Assembly (NCBI GenBank): GCA_965198175.1
Contig: OZ240245.1
Span: 3,776,001-3,840,000, forward strand
Direction: 5' to 3'
DNA from: Candidatus Poribacteria bacterium
GTDB taxonomy: Bacteria > Poribacteria > WGA-4E > PCPOR2b
Length of the DNA: 64,000 nucleotides
Below, piece after piece: positions 10,821 through 20,182 of the stretch. The first letter of the stretch is position 1, and every line of letters begins with the position of its first letter. The translations under genes and the position numbers were made by a program. The notes under the pieces were generated by a model. The model ran no database searches. It saw only the letters and a program-made list of their open reading frames with translations, and had not been told where the DNA came from.

Positions 10821-11606
10821 CTACGGACGACTCTTAAGCGTCGCCCACATCATCACCAGTGAACCCTCGGCAGAGACGGACTGGGCATGTGGTTCAAACT
10901 CAAACAATTTGAAAACTTCATCTTCGTCCAACACCCGCTTGTAGATGCGTACCTCATCTAGACGACCTACGAACCCGTTCAGTTGGAACTTGGGTATGCC
11001 TCCCAAATACAGGGCGTCTCCCTGCTCCCCAATCTTGCCGATGGCTCCCGGATTCTCGCTCACCAGCAGCCCGTTCCGGTAAAGCTTAGAACCGTTCTTC
11101 GGCGCCCACGTCCCGGTAACGACATGCCACTTCTCCTGTTTCAGCACCGGTCCCTCGCCGCTCTGCACCCAACCGCCAGCGACTTGGACTTCCAATCGAC
11201 CATTTCCTTTAAGAAGATCGAGGTTGAACTGCCGGCGGCGAAACACCGCACGGTTCTCACCGGCGAAGTCTAATTTCTCGGGATACACCCAGTAGGAACA
11301 CGTGAAACCTTCATCCGTCTTAGTAATCAGGTAGCTCGCCGAATCGGGTGTCTCCGCGCCGTCCATGACCGCGTCGAACCGGAGCGCTTTGCCGAACTTC
11401 CCTTCGGCTTCCCGCTTTGCAGTGAGCAAGTCTCCGTGGTTCCCTTCTCCGCTCGCATCGGTGATGACGTTGCCGTTTCCCTCGAATGGGTAGTAGACAA
11501 CCAACCCGTCCTCGAAGTTCGCCTGCGCCATCACACTAATAGAAAAGAACAGAGAAATAGCTATCACAATAGCGAGCACAGCCAACGTTGCAATTCGAGC
11601 GTTCAT
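10821..11606 (-). CDS. Secreted LamG-like jelly-roll protein 1
   Basis: Signal peptide. GLVVYYPFE, GKFGKALRFD, WHVV.GTW, G.LDEVRIY.R.L. Ends SVSAEGSLVMMWATLK. Confidence 0.88.
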   Translation of the reverse strand: MNARIATLAVLAIVIAISLFFSISVMAQANFEDGLVVYYPFEGNGNVITDASGEGNHGDLLTAKREAEGKFGKALRFDAVMDGAETPDSASYLITKTDEGFTCSYWVYPEKLDFAGENRAVFRRRQFNLDLLKGNGRLEVQVAGGWVQSGEGPVLKQEKWHVVTGTWAPKNGSKLYRNGLLVSENPGAIGKIGEQGDALYLGGIPKFQLNGFVGRLDEVRIYKRVLDEDEVFKLFEFEPHAQSVSAEGSLVMMWATLKSRP

Positions 11607-11625
11607 GATAATTTGCCTTGTAATA

Positions 11626-12453
11626 TTACCTTGAATCCTTTATCGCTCCCCACGTTACTGCGAGTCTCCTTACGGGATCAACACTAAATCCGCCTGACTG
11701 GAAGTTCTGCTCGACTTCCCCCGCGGTGAGTGGTCGATCATAAATAGCAACTTCGTCAACGGCGCCATCCATCCATGCCCTGTCGGGGAAAGTAAAGATT
11801 TTCTTGCCAAATGTAGCTCTAGTTTCCTCGCCAGTCTGGAGCGGATTTATCTTCTGGTTATCATATACGAGTTCTCCGTCGACATAGATTTTCAACTCAG
11901 TTTTCTTGTCGTATGTCGCTGTCACATGCGTCCATGTATCTGGTTCGAACCGTCTTGGTGCTACATGGTCATTGCAAATCCCCCACAAGGCAATGCCAGC
12001 TCCATCCCAAGCGGTGATACCGTACAACTCTCCCTGACAGATTTGCGCAGTTTCGCCTTCCCAGCCCCAGCCAACCGGTACTTGCTTGAGAAAAAACTTG
12101 TTAAATCTTACCCATGCGCTCAAGGTACGGGGATCCGAACCCGTGATTTCGATTTCCTTTGATGACTGCGCGTAATCGCCATCTCCATCAAATTCCACGG
12201 CTTGGCCCATTCTACCTTCGACAATTTTGGGATCGCTTTGTCCTCCCCCAAGCAGAGGTGGTGATTTGCCGCGGACGAGCTCCACATCGTTGTTTCCAGC
12301 GAGGTCTGGCACTGTGTTTTTCTTGACGTTATCGAAAGACCAGTAGTGAACCAGTCCATTTTCAACGATTTTTGCTTCCGCAGTATCCACAACCATCAAG
12401 GCGATTACGACAATCGTCAGAGCAGAAACTATTGTCATTATCCTGCGAGACAT
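11626..12453 (-). CDS. Secreted LamG-like jelly-roll protein 2
   Basis: Signal peptide. GLVHYWSFD, WTHVTATYD, DEVAIYDR. Ends SVDPVRRLAVTWGAIK. GGAGG RBS before ATG 12453. Confidence 0.88.
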   Translation of the reverse strand: MSRRIMTIVSALTIVVIALMVVDTAEAKIVENGLVHYWSFDNVKKNTVPDLAGNNDVELVRGKSPPLLGGGQSDPKIVEGRMGQAVEFDGDGDYAQSSKEIEITGSDPRTLSAWVRFNKFFLKQVPVGWGWEGETAQICQGELYGITAWDGAGIALWGICNDHVAPRRFEPDTWTHVTATYDKKTELKIYVDGELVYDNQKINPLQTGEETRATFGKKIFTFPDRAWMDGAVDEVAIYDRPLTAGEVEQNFQSGGFSVDPVRRLAVTWGAIKDSR

Positions 12454-12549
12454 TTTTATCCTCCCCATGGCATCTTATGAAAATCGGTTTGCCGAGAGGC
12501 GAAGAATTGCCTCACGACAAACCGCTCATCGAAGGAGTCTTCATGAAAA

Positions 12550-13386
12550 CTACTGTGGAGTACCTTTTATCTTGCCCCAAGCGGTGGTGAGTTTCCCAGC
12601 AGAGCCCACTGCTACTGCTCCAAATTCGTCTGCCATGAAGTTCTGCATAACCTCATCTGGGTTTAGCGCTCTGTCATAGATGGCGACTTCGTCAACGACG
12701 CCGTTAGTCCATGCCCGATCAGGGAATGTGAAAATTTTCTTACCTAGTGTCATCTGTGCATCGCCGGTCTTAAGGGGATTTACATCCGTCTTGTTGTACG
12801 CCTCCTCCCCATCAACATAGATTTTCAACTCCGTCTCGTTGTCGTATGTCGCCGTGACATGCGCCCATGTATCCTGTTCAAAATTCCTTGTCGATACATG
12901 ATCGTTACAGATTCCCCAGAGGGCGATCCGGGGGCCATCCCAAGCGGTGATGGCGTACAACTCACCTTCACAGATTTGAGGCGTTTCGCCTTCCCAGCCC
13001 CAGCCAACTGGAACCTGTTTTTGCGAGACAAAACCGTTAAACTTTACCCAGGCGCTCAATGTCCGTGGGGCAGCACCTACAATTGGGATGTTGTTGATTG
13101 ATTGTGCATAATCGCCATCACCATCAAACTCCACACCCATGCCGATTTTTCCCGACGTTATCTGGGGATCGCTTGGTCCAGCTTCAAACAGCTCTGGGGA
13201 GTCTCCACGCATGAGAATCACGTCGTTGTCCCCAACGATGTCCGGTGCGACGTCGCCTCGAACGTCATCAAACGACCAGTAACCAATTAACCCGTCCGTA
13301 ACCACACCGGCATCCGCCACACTCACAATCTGTCCAGTTAAAATAATTGCTAGCGCAGAAACTATCGTCATAATTTTGTTAATCAT
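12550..13386 (-). CDS. Secreted LamG-like jelly-roll protein 3 (paralog of 2)
   Basis: Same LamG motifs. Shares QVPVGWGWEGET.QIC.GELY and GKKIFTFPDRAW with protein 2. Ends AVGSAGKLTTAWGKIK. Confidence 0.88.
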   Translation of the reverse strand: MINKIMTIVSALAIILTGQIVSVADAGVVTDGLIGYWSFDDVRGDVAPDIVGDNDVILMRGDSPELFEAGPSDPQITSGKIGMGVEFDGDGDYAQSINNIPIVGAAPRTLSAWVKFNGFVSQKQVPVGWGWEGETPQICEGELYAITAWDGPRIALWGICNDHVSTRNFEQDTWAHVTATYDNETELKIYVDGEEAYNKTDVNPLKTGDAQMTLGKKIFTFPDRAWTNGVVDEVAIYDRALNPDEVMQNFMADEFGAVAVGSAGKLTTAWGKIKGTPQ

Positions 13387-13518
13387 AGTCGTTCAATCTC
13401 CCTTGACTTTGTTAGGCATTCAATCAATTAGTGTTTCCGGTCTTCAACTCTAAGTATCCATTTCCAGGAAAGATACCCGGCGAAACCACGCTGACGGTTC
13501 TGTTCCAATCCATCTGAT

Positions 13519-13548
13519 AAAAAAAACCCCGATCCGAAGATCGGGGTT
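13519..13548 (-). terminator. Rho-independent terminator after LamG 4
   Basis: Minus strand AACCCCGATC-TTCG-GATCGGGGTT running into a T tract. Confidence 0.85.
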
Positions 13549-13557
13549 GGCTTACCT

Positions 13558-14361
13558 CTACTTTGTAGACTTTATGTCTGCCCAAGTACTTGTGAGTTTT
13601 CCAGCAGGCTCAACAGCGACCACCGTTGCGAGAAAGTTTTGTGCAACGTCGTCGGCACTAAGCGCGCGATTATAAAGCCCGACATCGTCAATTAAGCCCT
13701 CAAAGAACTCGCCCGGGTCGCCGGGTTTACCATCAGCGGTTTCATGGGGACCGGGATGGATGCCGGGATTGCTTCCAATCGCTCCAGCATTGGTATCTAC
13801 CACGTCCGTCGCTTCTGGAAGATCCATGCTAGCGACCATTTCTCCGTTCAGGTAGATGGTATCGTTCTGACTGCCGTTGTATACAGCTACAACGTGGTGC
13901 CAGTCACCAAGAGACACGACAGGTCCAAAAACATCAAACCCACCGCCCCATTGGGTCATGAAGACCTGATCGCCGCCGCGAGTACCGATACCGAAGAATC
14001 TACCGCAGCAGTGCGGAAAACCGTAGGTGGCGATATACTGAACCCCACCTCCGTCAGATACCTCTCGTTTAAACCAAGCGGACCATGACATAGGCGAATT
14101 GCCTGTTGGCACCCCGTTTGTCGGAAATGTAACATTATCACCATCCTTATCGAACTTTAGGGCATCGCCGATTTTACCAGCGACGACTTCCGGATCTCCG
14201 TTAATGGTGCCGTCGTTATCTCCAACTTGGTCTGAGACATCCCCGCCTTCGAAGGACCAGTAGCTAACGAGACCATCTTGGACGACTTGTGCTTCTGCAA
14301 TAAAGGCGAAAGCAGCTACACCTACCACGACAAAAAACAGCATGATGCTCTTGTTAAACAT
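13558..14361 (-). CDS. Secreted LamG-like jelly-roll protein 4
   Basis: Signal peptide ending AEAQ. GLVSYWSF, WHHVVAVY, GLIDDVGLYNRAL. Ends AVEPAGKLTSTWADIK. Confidence 0.88.
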   Translation of the reverse strand: MFNKSIMLFFVVVGVAAFAFIAEAQVVQDGLVSYWSFEGGDVSDQVGDNDGTINGDPEVVAGKIGDALKFDKDGDNVTFPTNGVPTGNSPMSWSAWFKREVSDGGGVQYIATYGFPHCCGRFFGIGTRGGDQVFMTQWGGGFDVFGPVVSLGDWHHVVAVYNGSQNDTIYLNGEMVASMDLPEATDVVDTNAGAIGSNPGIHPGPHETADGKPGDPGEFFEGLIDDVGLYNRALSADDVAQNFLATVVAVEPAGKLTSTWADIKSTK

Positions 14362-14450
14362 TGTACGTAACCTCCTGTTTAGAGCGTTTTATATTAGCTT
14401 CGGACAGTTATTAATTATTCCGAAGGTCGGTTATAACTACTCGGTTATAG

Positions 14451-15215
14451 CTAATCTGAATCCTTGATGTTTCCCCATGTAGTCGTTATTTTCTCAGAAG
14501 GGTTTACAGCAAATATTATGTCCGCCTCATAATTCTGCATGACTTCATCCGCATTTAAAGCGCGGCCATAAAGTCCGACTTCATCAATGAGACCCTCAAA
14601 TAACTCCGCTTGATCCGGATTGCTGCCGATAGCTCCCTTTCTGTCATCTAGCGTGTTTGGCTTTTCAGCTAGCTTACTTTCTGAGACCAATTCCCCGTCA
14701 AGATAAATGATATCGTTCTGATCGCCATCATAGACAGCCGCCAAATAGTGCCATTTGTCGAAATCAATAACAGGGCCAAAAACGTCAAATTGGGGACCCC
14801 ATTGGGTCATAAAAACCTGATCGCCATTCCGAGTCCCGATACCGAAGAACTGACCGCAGCAGGCCGCAATGCCAGACGTAGCAATATATTGAACGGCGCC
14901 GGCATCACTGACTTCTCGATAAAACCAAGCTGACCAGGTCATCGCGGAATTTCCCGTGGGGAAACCCTTATTGTCAAAAGAGACACTATCTACTTGTCCA
15001 TTGAACGACAGCGCTTTACCGTACTTACCATCGACCAGCTTTGGCCTGCCGATAACGTCCCCGTCATTCGGTCCAACCGCATCTTTGACATCGAGATTGT
15101 CTAGATGCCAGTAGCTGACAAGGCCGTCTTCGACGATTTGAGCTGCCGCTGTATGGAAAGCTACCATGGAGACGCTCACCACAAACAAAATCACAACGAT
15201 GTTCTTGTTAAACAT
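14451..15215 (-). CDS. Secreted LamG-like jelly-roll protein 5 (paralog of 4)
   Basis: Shares VQYIAT.G...CCG.FFGIGTR.GDQVFMTQWG with protein 4. Ends AVNPSEKITTTWGNIK. Confidence 0.88.
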   Translation of the reverse strand: MFNKNIVVILFVVSVSMVAFHTAAAQIVEDGLVSYWHLDNLDVKDAVGPNDGDVIGRPKLVDGKYGKALSFNGQVDSVSFDNKGFPTGNSAMTWSAWFYREVSDAGAVQYIATSGIAACCGQFFGIGTRNGDQVFMTQWGPQFDVFGPVIDFDKWHYLAAVYDGDQNDIIYLDGELVSESKLAEKPNTLDDRKGAIGSNPDQAELFEGLIDEVGLYGRALNADEVMQNYEADIIFAVNPSEKITTTWGNIKDSD

Positions 15216-15487
15216 TGTGCCTACCTCCTGAATTTACTGTTAACGTCAGTCAACTTTTGCCCACGCGAATACACTTTGAAACTTGCGTCCATCAACCTCC
15301 ACGAGTTGGACAAATTTCATCCCGTGCGGAGCCAACAACGGCAGGGTTCAACCCTTTTGCAAGTGTACATTCAACTGGTTAATCTCGCACAAAGCCAACT
15401 GGGTTGCCGTCTGCGAATCAACTCGACCTTGTCGGTGTAATTGTTAGACAGTATCCGACACAGCGAAGATCCACCTCACCTGAGCAC

Positions 15488-15516
15488 ATTATAACAGAAT
15501 ACAGGGAAAATGGCAA
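15488..15516 (-). promoter_or_regulatory. Sigma70-type promoter upstream of the LamG array
   Basis: Minus strand TTGCCA-N17-TATAAT with extended -10 TG. Confidence 0.6.
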
Positions 15517-15649
15517 TTAAAATAAATGCACGATATCAAAAAGTCGAATTTTGACGAAACTCTAATGGCGAGGTAGCTCATCGCGATTGGAGCATTATAC
15601 TGTGGGACGACAACCGAAACGGATGTAAAGAAAGACGAGTTCGCAAGCA

Positions 15650-16639
15650 CTATGGAAGGCGCGTAGCGCATCGAAAACCGAGGTAGATGCTCGCATTCGC
15701 TGGATGGAGACTATTGCGGTTCGACACGCGAAGATTACCCGGTGGATGGAGCCAACCCCCGCCGCGATGGACGCGATGAGTTGTAACATTTGCATAGTCA
15801 TCATTGTCAAAGGCTATTAAACCGCCGGCGACAGGATTATCCTTGGGACTGCTCGCGTAAGCGGCGGAGTTGTATGCATCCATGCACCATTCCCAGACAT
15901 TGCCCGCCATGTCGTGCAGACCGTATCCGTTCGGCGGATACGTGCCCACAGGCGCTGTAAATTGATAGCCGTCGTCAAGACTTCTGTCCGCCCAATTTGC
16001 CCAGTCAGGCGCCTGTTTATCTGCAAAGTTGCACTGCAATGCTTCAGAGGTTGCATCACTCCACGGATGACGTTGCCCCACGAGACCGCCGCGCGCTGCC
16101 TTTTCCCACTCTGCTTCGGTGGGAAGTCGTTTTCCCGCCCACTGGCAGTATGCCGCCGCATCGTACCAACTGACGCCAACGACGGGGTGATTAGGCATGT
16201 TGAGGTCAGGGTCGTCCCAGAATGCCGGATCCGTGTGTCCTGTTTCATTTATGAACTGCTTGTACTGTGCGTTGGTCACCTCGTACACATCTATGTAGAA
16301 ACTGTCGACGTAAACGGTGTGGACTGGGCGCTCGTCATCCCCGCCCCCGTCGAGGGAATTGCCCATCTCAAACTCACCCGCGGGAATCAGGCGCATCTTC
16401 GCGCTGTCCTTATCGGATGTGATCTCTTTCGGAAATTCTCGCTTATTGTCAACACCGAACGCGTTTCGGGCGTTCGTGTCTCTCGCCGTACTATCGTCCC
16501 CCTTTTTCAGCGCAATGGCGTGTGCAATCGCGCCGCGCGCCAGGAGATCATCGGATGGGGTGGCATTTTGGACAGATGCGCAATAACAAACAGCGATGGA
16601 TAGAATCAGTCTTAAAGGGAATAGAATGCGTGTTTTCAC
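15650..16639 (-). CDS. Formylglycine-generating enzyme (SUMF1/EgtB/PvdO) fold protein, probably not a catalytic FGE
   Basis: IPAGEFEMG, EVTNAQY, RLPTEAEWEKAARGG, N.YGLHDMAGNVWEW, GFRC. Lacks the FGE CxxxxC pair after RGG. Confidence 0.9.
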   Translation of the reverse strand: MKTRILFPLRLILSIAVCYCASVQNATPSDDLLARGAIAHAIALKKGDDSTARDTNARNAFGVDNKREFPKEITSDKDSAKMRLIPAGEFEMGNSLDGGGDDERPVHTVYVDSFYIDVYEVTNAQYKQFINETGHTDPAFWDDPDLNMPNHPVVGVSWYDAAAYCQWAGKRLPTEAEWEKAARGGLVGQRHPWSDATSEALQCNFADKQAPDWANWADRSLDDGYQFTAPVGTYPPNGYGLHDMAGNVWEWCMDAYNSAAYASSPKDNPVAGGLIAFDNDDYANVTTHRVHRGGGWLHPPGNLRVSNRNSLHPANASIYLGFRCATRLP

Positions 16640-16768
16640 CGTGTCCTCCCCTTCTTGTACACGACTGGTTGAGGTTGTAATTCGTGCAGTGCTCGCTCTA
16701 GATACCTGGATGTAAATTATAGTGGAAGCAATAGCCGACCGTAGCGACTTGGCAGAACCCTCACAAAG

Positions 16769-17551
16769 CTACAGCAGCACCATGCCCCCATCTACCATTA
16801 TTGACTGACCTGTGATGTAGTTGGAATCGTCGGATGCCAGAAATGCTGCAAGTCCAGCAATGTCACTGGGCGTCGATGGGCGTCCCAACAGGATACGACG
16901 TCCAAACTCCGCCATCGCATCTCCGGGCTGCTCAAACAGACCGTGTTCCAAGAACTCTTTGTCGAGCTGTTCCCAGAGCGTCGTCTGTACCACCCCCGGA
17001 CAGAAGGCATTGACACAGATTCCGTGTTCAGCGAAGGCGCGCGCCCCAGCCTGCGTAAGCGCCACCACCGAGAATTTGCTCGCGCAGTAGTGCGGTTGAA
17101 TCTCATACCCTTCCTTGCCGGCGATAGAGGCGGTGTTGATAATCTTCCCACCTTCTCCTTGGGCAATCATTTGGCGCGCTGCCTCCTGCATACAGATTAA
17201 TACACCGAGCGCGTTAACACGCATCAATCGCTCCCAATCGCTCTCGGTCACATCCATGAACGGTTTGATTTCCGCAACCGCAGCGTTGTTGAAGATGATG
17301 TCCAGATGTCCAAATGCGTCAACCGTGTTCTGAACCATGGTTTTGACACTAGTGCGATTCGCAACATCACAGCGGCACCCGATTGCGTTTTCGCCAATTT
17401 CAGACGCGGTCTTCTTCGCTCCGTTTTCGTTGATGTCTGCGATGCACACCTGCGCGCCTTCGGCAACCAATCGCATAGCAATTCCACGTCCGATGCCTTG
17501 AGCACCGCCCGTTACAACGCATGATTTTCCTTCAAGTCGCTTTCCCGCCAT
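16769..17551 (-). CDS. SDR oxidoreductase (sorbitol dehydrogenase / acetoin reductase-like)
   Basis: TGGAQGIG, NNA, YCASK, VDGG. GGAGG RBS before ATG 17551. Confidence 0.9.
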   Translation of the reverse strand: MAGKRLEGKSCVVTGGAQGIGRGIAMRLVAEGAQVCIADINENGAKKTASEIGENAIGCRCDVANRTSVKTMVQNTVDAFGHLDIIFNNAAVAEIKPFMDVTESDWERLMRVNALGVLICMQEAARQMIAQGEGGKIINTASIAGKEGYEIQPHYCASKFSVVALTQAGARAFAEHGICVNAFCPGVVQTTLWEQLDKEFLEHGLFEQPGDAMAEFGRRILLGRPSTPSDIAGLAAFLASDDSNYITGQSIMVDGGMVLL

Positions 17552-17670
17552 ATCAGTTTTGCCTCCAAATTCGTACTTGTGGGATTCCACTATCTCCGTC
17601 AGTCATCATCTGAGTTCTGGGCTTACGAGTTGTTGAATTACGTTCTTTATGTCGATACCTCTTATCCATC

Positions 17671-18459
17671 TTAATGGAACAGGCAACCGCCGTTGATGTT
17701 GAGAGCCTGTCCCGTAAGGTATGCGCCCTCTGATGAAGCCAGGTACACGACAGCGGCGCCGATGTCGTCGGGTGTACCTTGTTTGCCCAGCGGGATACTC
17801 TCTTTGACAAGCTGATTCATCTCCTCGAAGGTGATACCACGTATCTCGGCTTCGTCTCGCAGCGCTTGCCAGTGCATCTCGGTCGCCATGTTTCCTGGGC
17901 AGATGCTGTTAGCACGTACACCATAGGGCGCCAACTCTAGGGCGAGGGTTTCTGTCATACGGATGACCGCCGATTTTGATGCGCAGTACACACCGAAATT
18001 GGCGAAGCCTTGCTTGCCATACCAAGAACCGAGGTTAATAATGCAGCCGCTACCTTGCTCGCGCATCACACGGGCAGCGGCTCGACAGCCGTTGAACACC
18101 CCGCGTAAGTTGACACCGATAACCCGGTCAAAGATTTCGTCCGACGTCTCCGCTACCGGTACCATTGGCTGTACGACGCCCGCGTTGTTGACAATCAAAT
18201 CCACCCCACCCAGTCGCTCGACGACCTGATCTATCATCGCATCCACCGATGAGGCTGATGTGACATCAACGTTAATAGGGAAGCCACCGTTCTCAGGGAA
18301 ACGTTCCCGGACGGCCGCCCATGTCTCTTCGACTTGGGGTTGTATGTCGGCGGGTACAACATCGGCGCCTTCAGCCGCCAGCCGCAACACCGTACCCCGT
18401 CCCAACCCCTGGGCGGCTCCAGTAACGATTGCTACCTGCTCCTCCAAAAGTCCGCTCAT
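17671..18459 (-). CDS. SDR oxidoreductase
   Basis: TGAAQGLG, NNAG, YCASK, INGG. Confidence 0.9.
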   Translation of the reverse strand: MSGLLEEQVAIVTGAAQGLGRGTVLRLAAEGADVVPADIQPQVEETWAAVRERFPENGGFPINVDVTSASSVDAMIDQVVERLGGVDLIVNNAGVVQPMVPVAETSDEIFDRVIGVNLRGVFNGCRAAARVMREQGSGCIINLGSWYGKQGFANFGVYCASKSAVIRMTETLALELAPYGVRANSICPGNMATEMHWQALRDEAEIRGITFEEMNQLVKESIPLGKQGTPDDIGAAVVYLASSEGAYLTGQALNINGGCLFH

Positions 18460-18517
18460 CCTCCTCCTCCTTGAAACAACTGAGTAATAGCTGCGATCGA
18501 CGGTTGGGGTACAGTCA

Positions 18518-19747
18518 CTAATAGTTCACACCGCAACCTATCAACTCTTCGCACGGAAATTTGGTGATAACATCAATTCCAGTCGAAGTGACGACAACCT
18601 CCTCCTCAATTCGAGCGCCGTCCATTCCTTCAGCATCATATGTTTCGACAGCGATTACCATTCCCTCTTGGAACTCGACGGGATGGTCCAGACTATACAA
18701 CCTGGACACGATGGGACGTTCCCATAAACCGACGCCAAGCCCGTGTGCGTATGCCAAACCGAACGCTTGAGACTCGTTTTCGAAACCCCAGTAGTCCGCC
18801 GAGGGCCACGCACCCGCAAGATCCGCTGTGGTTGCACCCGGGCGAATGACCTCCATACCGGCGCGCAGCATGTCGTATGTGCGTTTGTAGATCCCCTTTT
18901 GTCGCTGTGTCGGCTTGCCGCAGCAAATCGTTCGGTAGTAACATGTCTGGTAACCGTTATACATCATCTGGATGTCGAGGAAGACTAGGTCGCCTGGCTG
19001 TACAAGCCGATCCGAGCTCAGATGTGGGTGTGGATGCGTGCGTGAACCGCTGGTGACTTGCACATTGAGCACCCACTGACTGCCTAGCCTGTGGAGTTCG
19101 TGGGAGGCTACGGCTTGAATGTCGTTCTCGCGTATACCCGGTCGGAGCGTTCGCGCCACACAGTCAAAAGCCGCATCGACTGTGGCAGCCGCATTGCGCA
19201 TAATCTGAATCTCATCATCGGTCTTAATCAGCCTGGCTTTCATCATGACATCTTGACCGTCAACAAATCGAACGCCTTCCTTCTGTAGCGCCAAGATTAA
19301 TTGAGAGTCAAGGACATCTATACCGATAGGTTCTTTGGGGCTGATGCCGTTCTCATCAAGTACCATCCGCAAATCCCTGATAAACTTCTTGTGCGCATCC
19401 CAGTTGCTGGGCAAGGCGCCGAACAGAGTAGTATGCGCAGGGTATGCGCGATTAGCAATCCAGGGGCAATGCAGTTTTTCGGCGGCAACCTCCGATCCAA
19501 ACCCGAAGATGTATGGTTCACCGTTGCGAGGTACAATGGCGTAACGACCCATGTTGTCAATTTCAGGCGAACATACGGCTGTCGATGTCGCGTAGCGCTT
19601 ATTGTGGTTATCAAAGAGCAGCAAGCAGCCAAAATCGGTCTTCTCCAGTTCCGCTTTTACTCGGTCCAGGCGGTCCTTGCGCAATCGATCGAAGTTGATC
19701 CGCTCCTCGTAGTCAACGCCCATTGTTCCCTGTGTTCCAAATTTCAT
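18518..19747 (-). CDS. M24 family (Xaa-Pro peptidase / creatinase-like) protein
   Basis: ARLIKT.DEI, GDLVFLD, HGLGVGLWE.P, VETY, ARIEEEVVVT. Confidence 0.88.
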   Translation of the reverse strand: MKFGTQGTMGVDYEERINFDRLRKDRLDRVKAELEKTDFGCLLLFDNHNKRYATSTAVCSPEIDNMGRYAIVPRNGEPYIFGFGSEVAAEKLHCPWIANRAYPAHTTLFGALPSNWDAHKKFIRDLRMVLDENGISPKEPIGIDVLDSQLILALQKEGVRFVDGQDVMMKARLIKTDDEIQIMRNAAATVDAAFDCVARTLRPGIRENDIQAVASHELHRLGSQWVLNVQVTSGSRTHPHPHLSSDRLVQPGDLVFLDIQMMYNGYQTCYYRTICCGKPTQRQKGIYKRTYDMLRAGMEVIRPGATTADLAGAWPSADYWGFENESQAFGLAYAHGLGVGLWERPIVSRLYSLDHPVEFQEGMVIAVETYDAEGMDGARIEEEVVVTSTGIDVITKFPCEELIGCGVNY

Positions 19748-19765
19748 AGCAAGTTCTCCTCCTAA

Positions 19766-20152
19766 TTATTTTACCGTCGATTCAAAAATTTGCATGACCT
19801 CGAAGACGAGACCGTTGGGAGATCGGAAAAAGGCGAGGCGGCGTGAACCGAACCTGCCACTGATTGTCTTCGGTTCAACAAGTACTTCTGTACCCAGACC
19901 TACGATCTCCTCGTATGCCGCTTCAAAATCTTCCACCTCAAACACAGCATGAGTCAATCCGGGCATAGGCTGATAGTCGAGCTTGTCTTCGAAGGCTAGA
20001 TTTGGCGTCAAAAAGAGGCGAGTTCCACCAAACGCCAGCAGTGCCGTACCGCCTTCACGCAGCAAAACTTCGGCGCCCAGCGCTTCAAGAAAATTGACTT
20101 CCCGATCGAGATCCTCAACTTTGATGCCAATGTTCCACAAGCTTGAATCCAT
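19766..20152 (-). CDS. VOC / glyoxalase family protein
   Basis: IGIKV.DL, GLTHAVFEV.D, AFFRSPNGLVFE. Confidence 0.85.
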   Translation of the reverse strand: MDSSLWNIGIKVEDLDREVNFLEALGAEVLLREGGTALLAFGGTRLFLTPNLAFEDKLDYQPMPGLTHAVFEVEDFEAAYEEIVGLGTEVLVEPKTISGRFGSRRLAFFRSPNGLVFEVMQIFESTVK

Positions 20153-20182
20153 AGTTCACCATCCTTGCTGTGAGCAGTAAAG

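Noticed and set aside
15248..15425. Recurring YCAAC motifs (four at 23-24 nt spacing) in the long LamG leader; possible riboswitch
   Set aside because: Only a 5-nt motif with unrelated flanks, and no recognisable aptamer (c-di-GMP, TPP, cobalamin). Could be chance.
15650..16639. FGE/C-type-lectin-fold gene as a diversity-generating retroelement target
   Set aside because: No reverse transcriptase and no template-repeat copy of its 3' end in the window.
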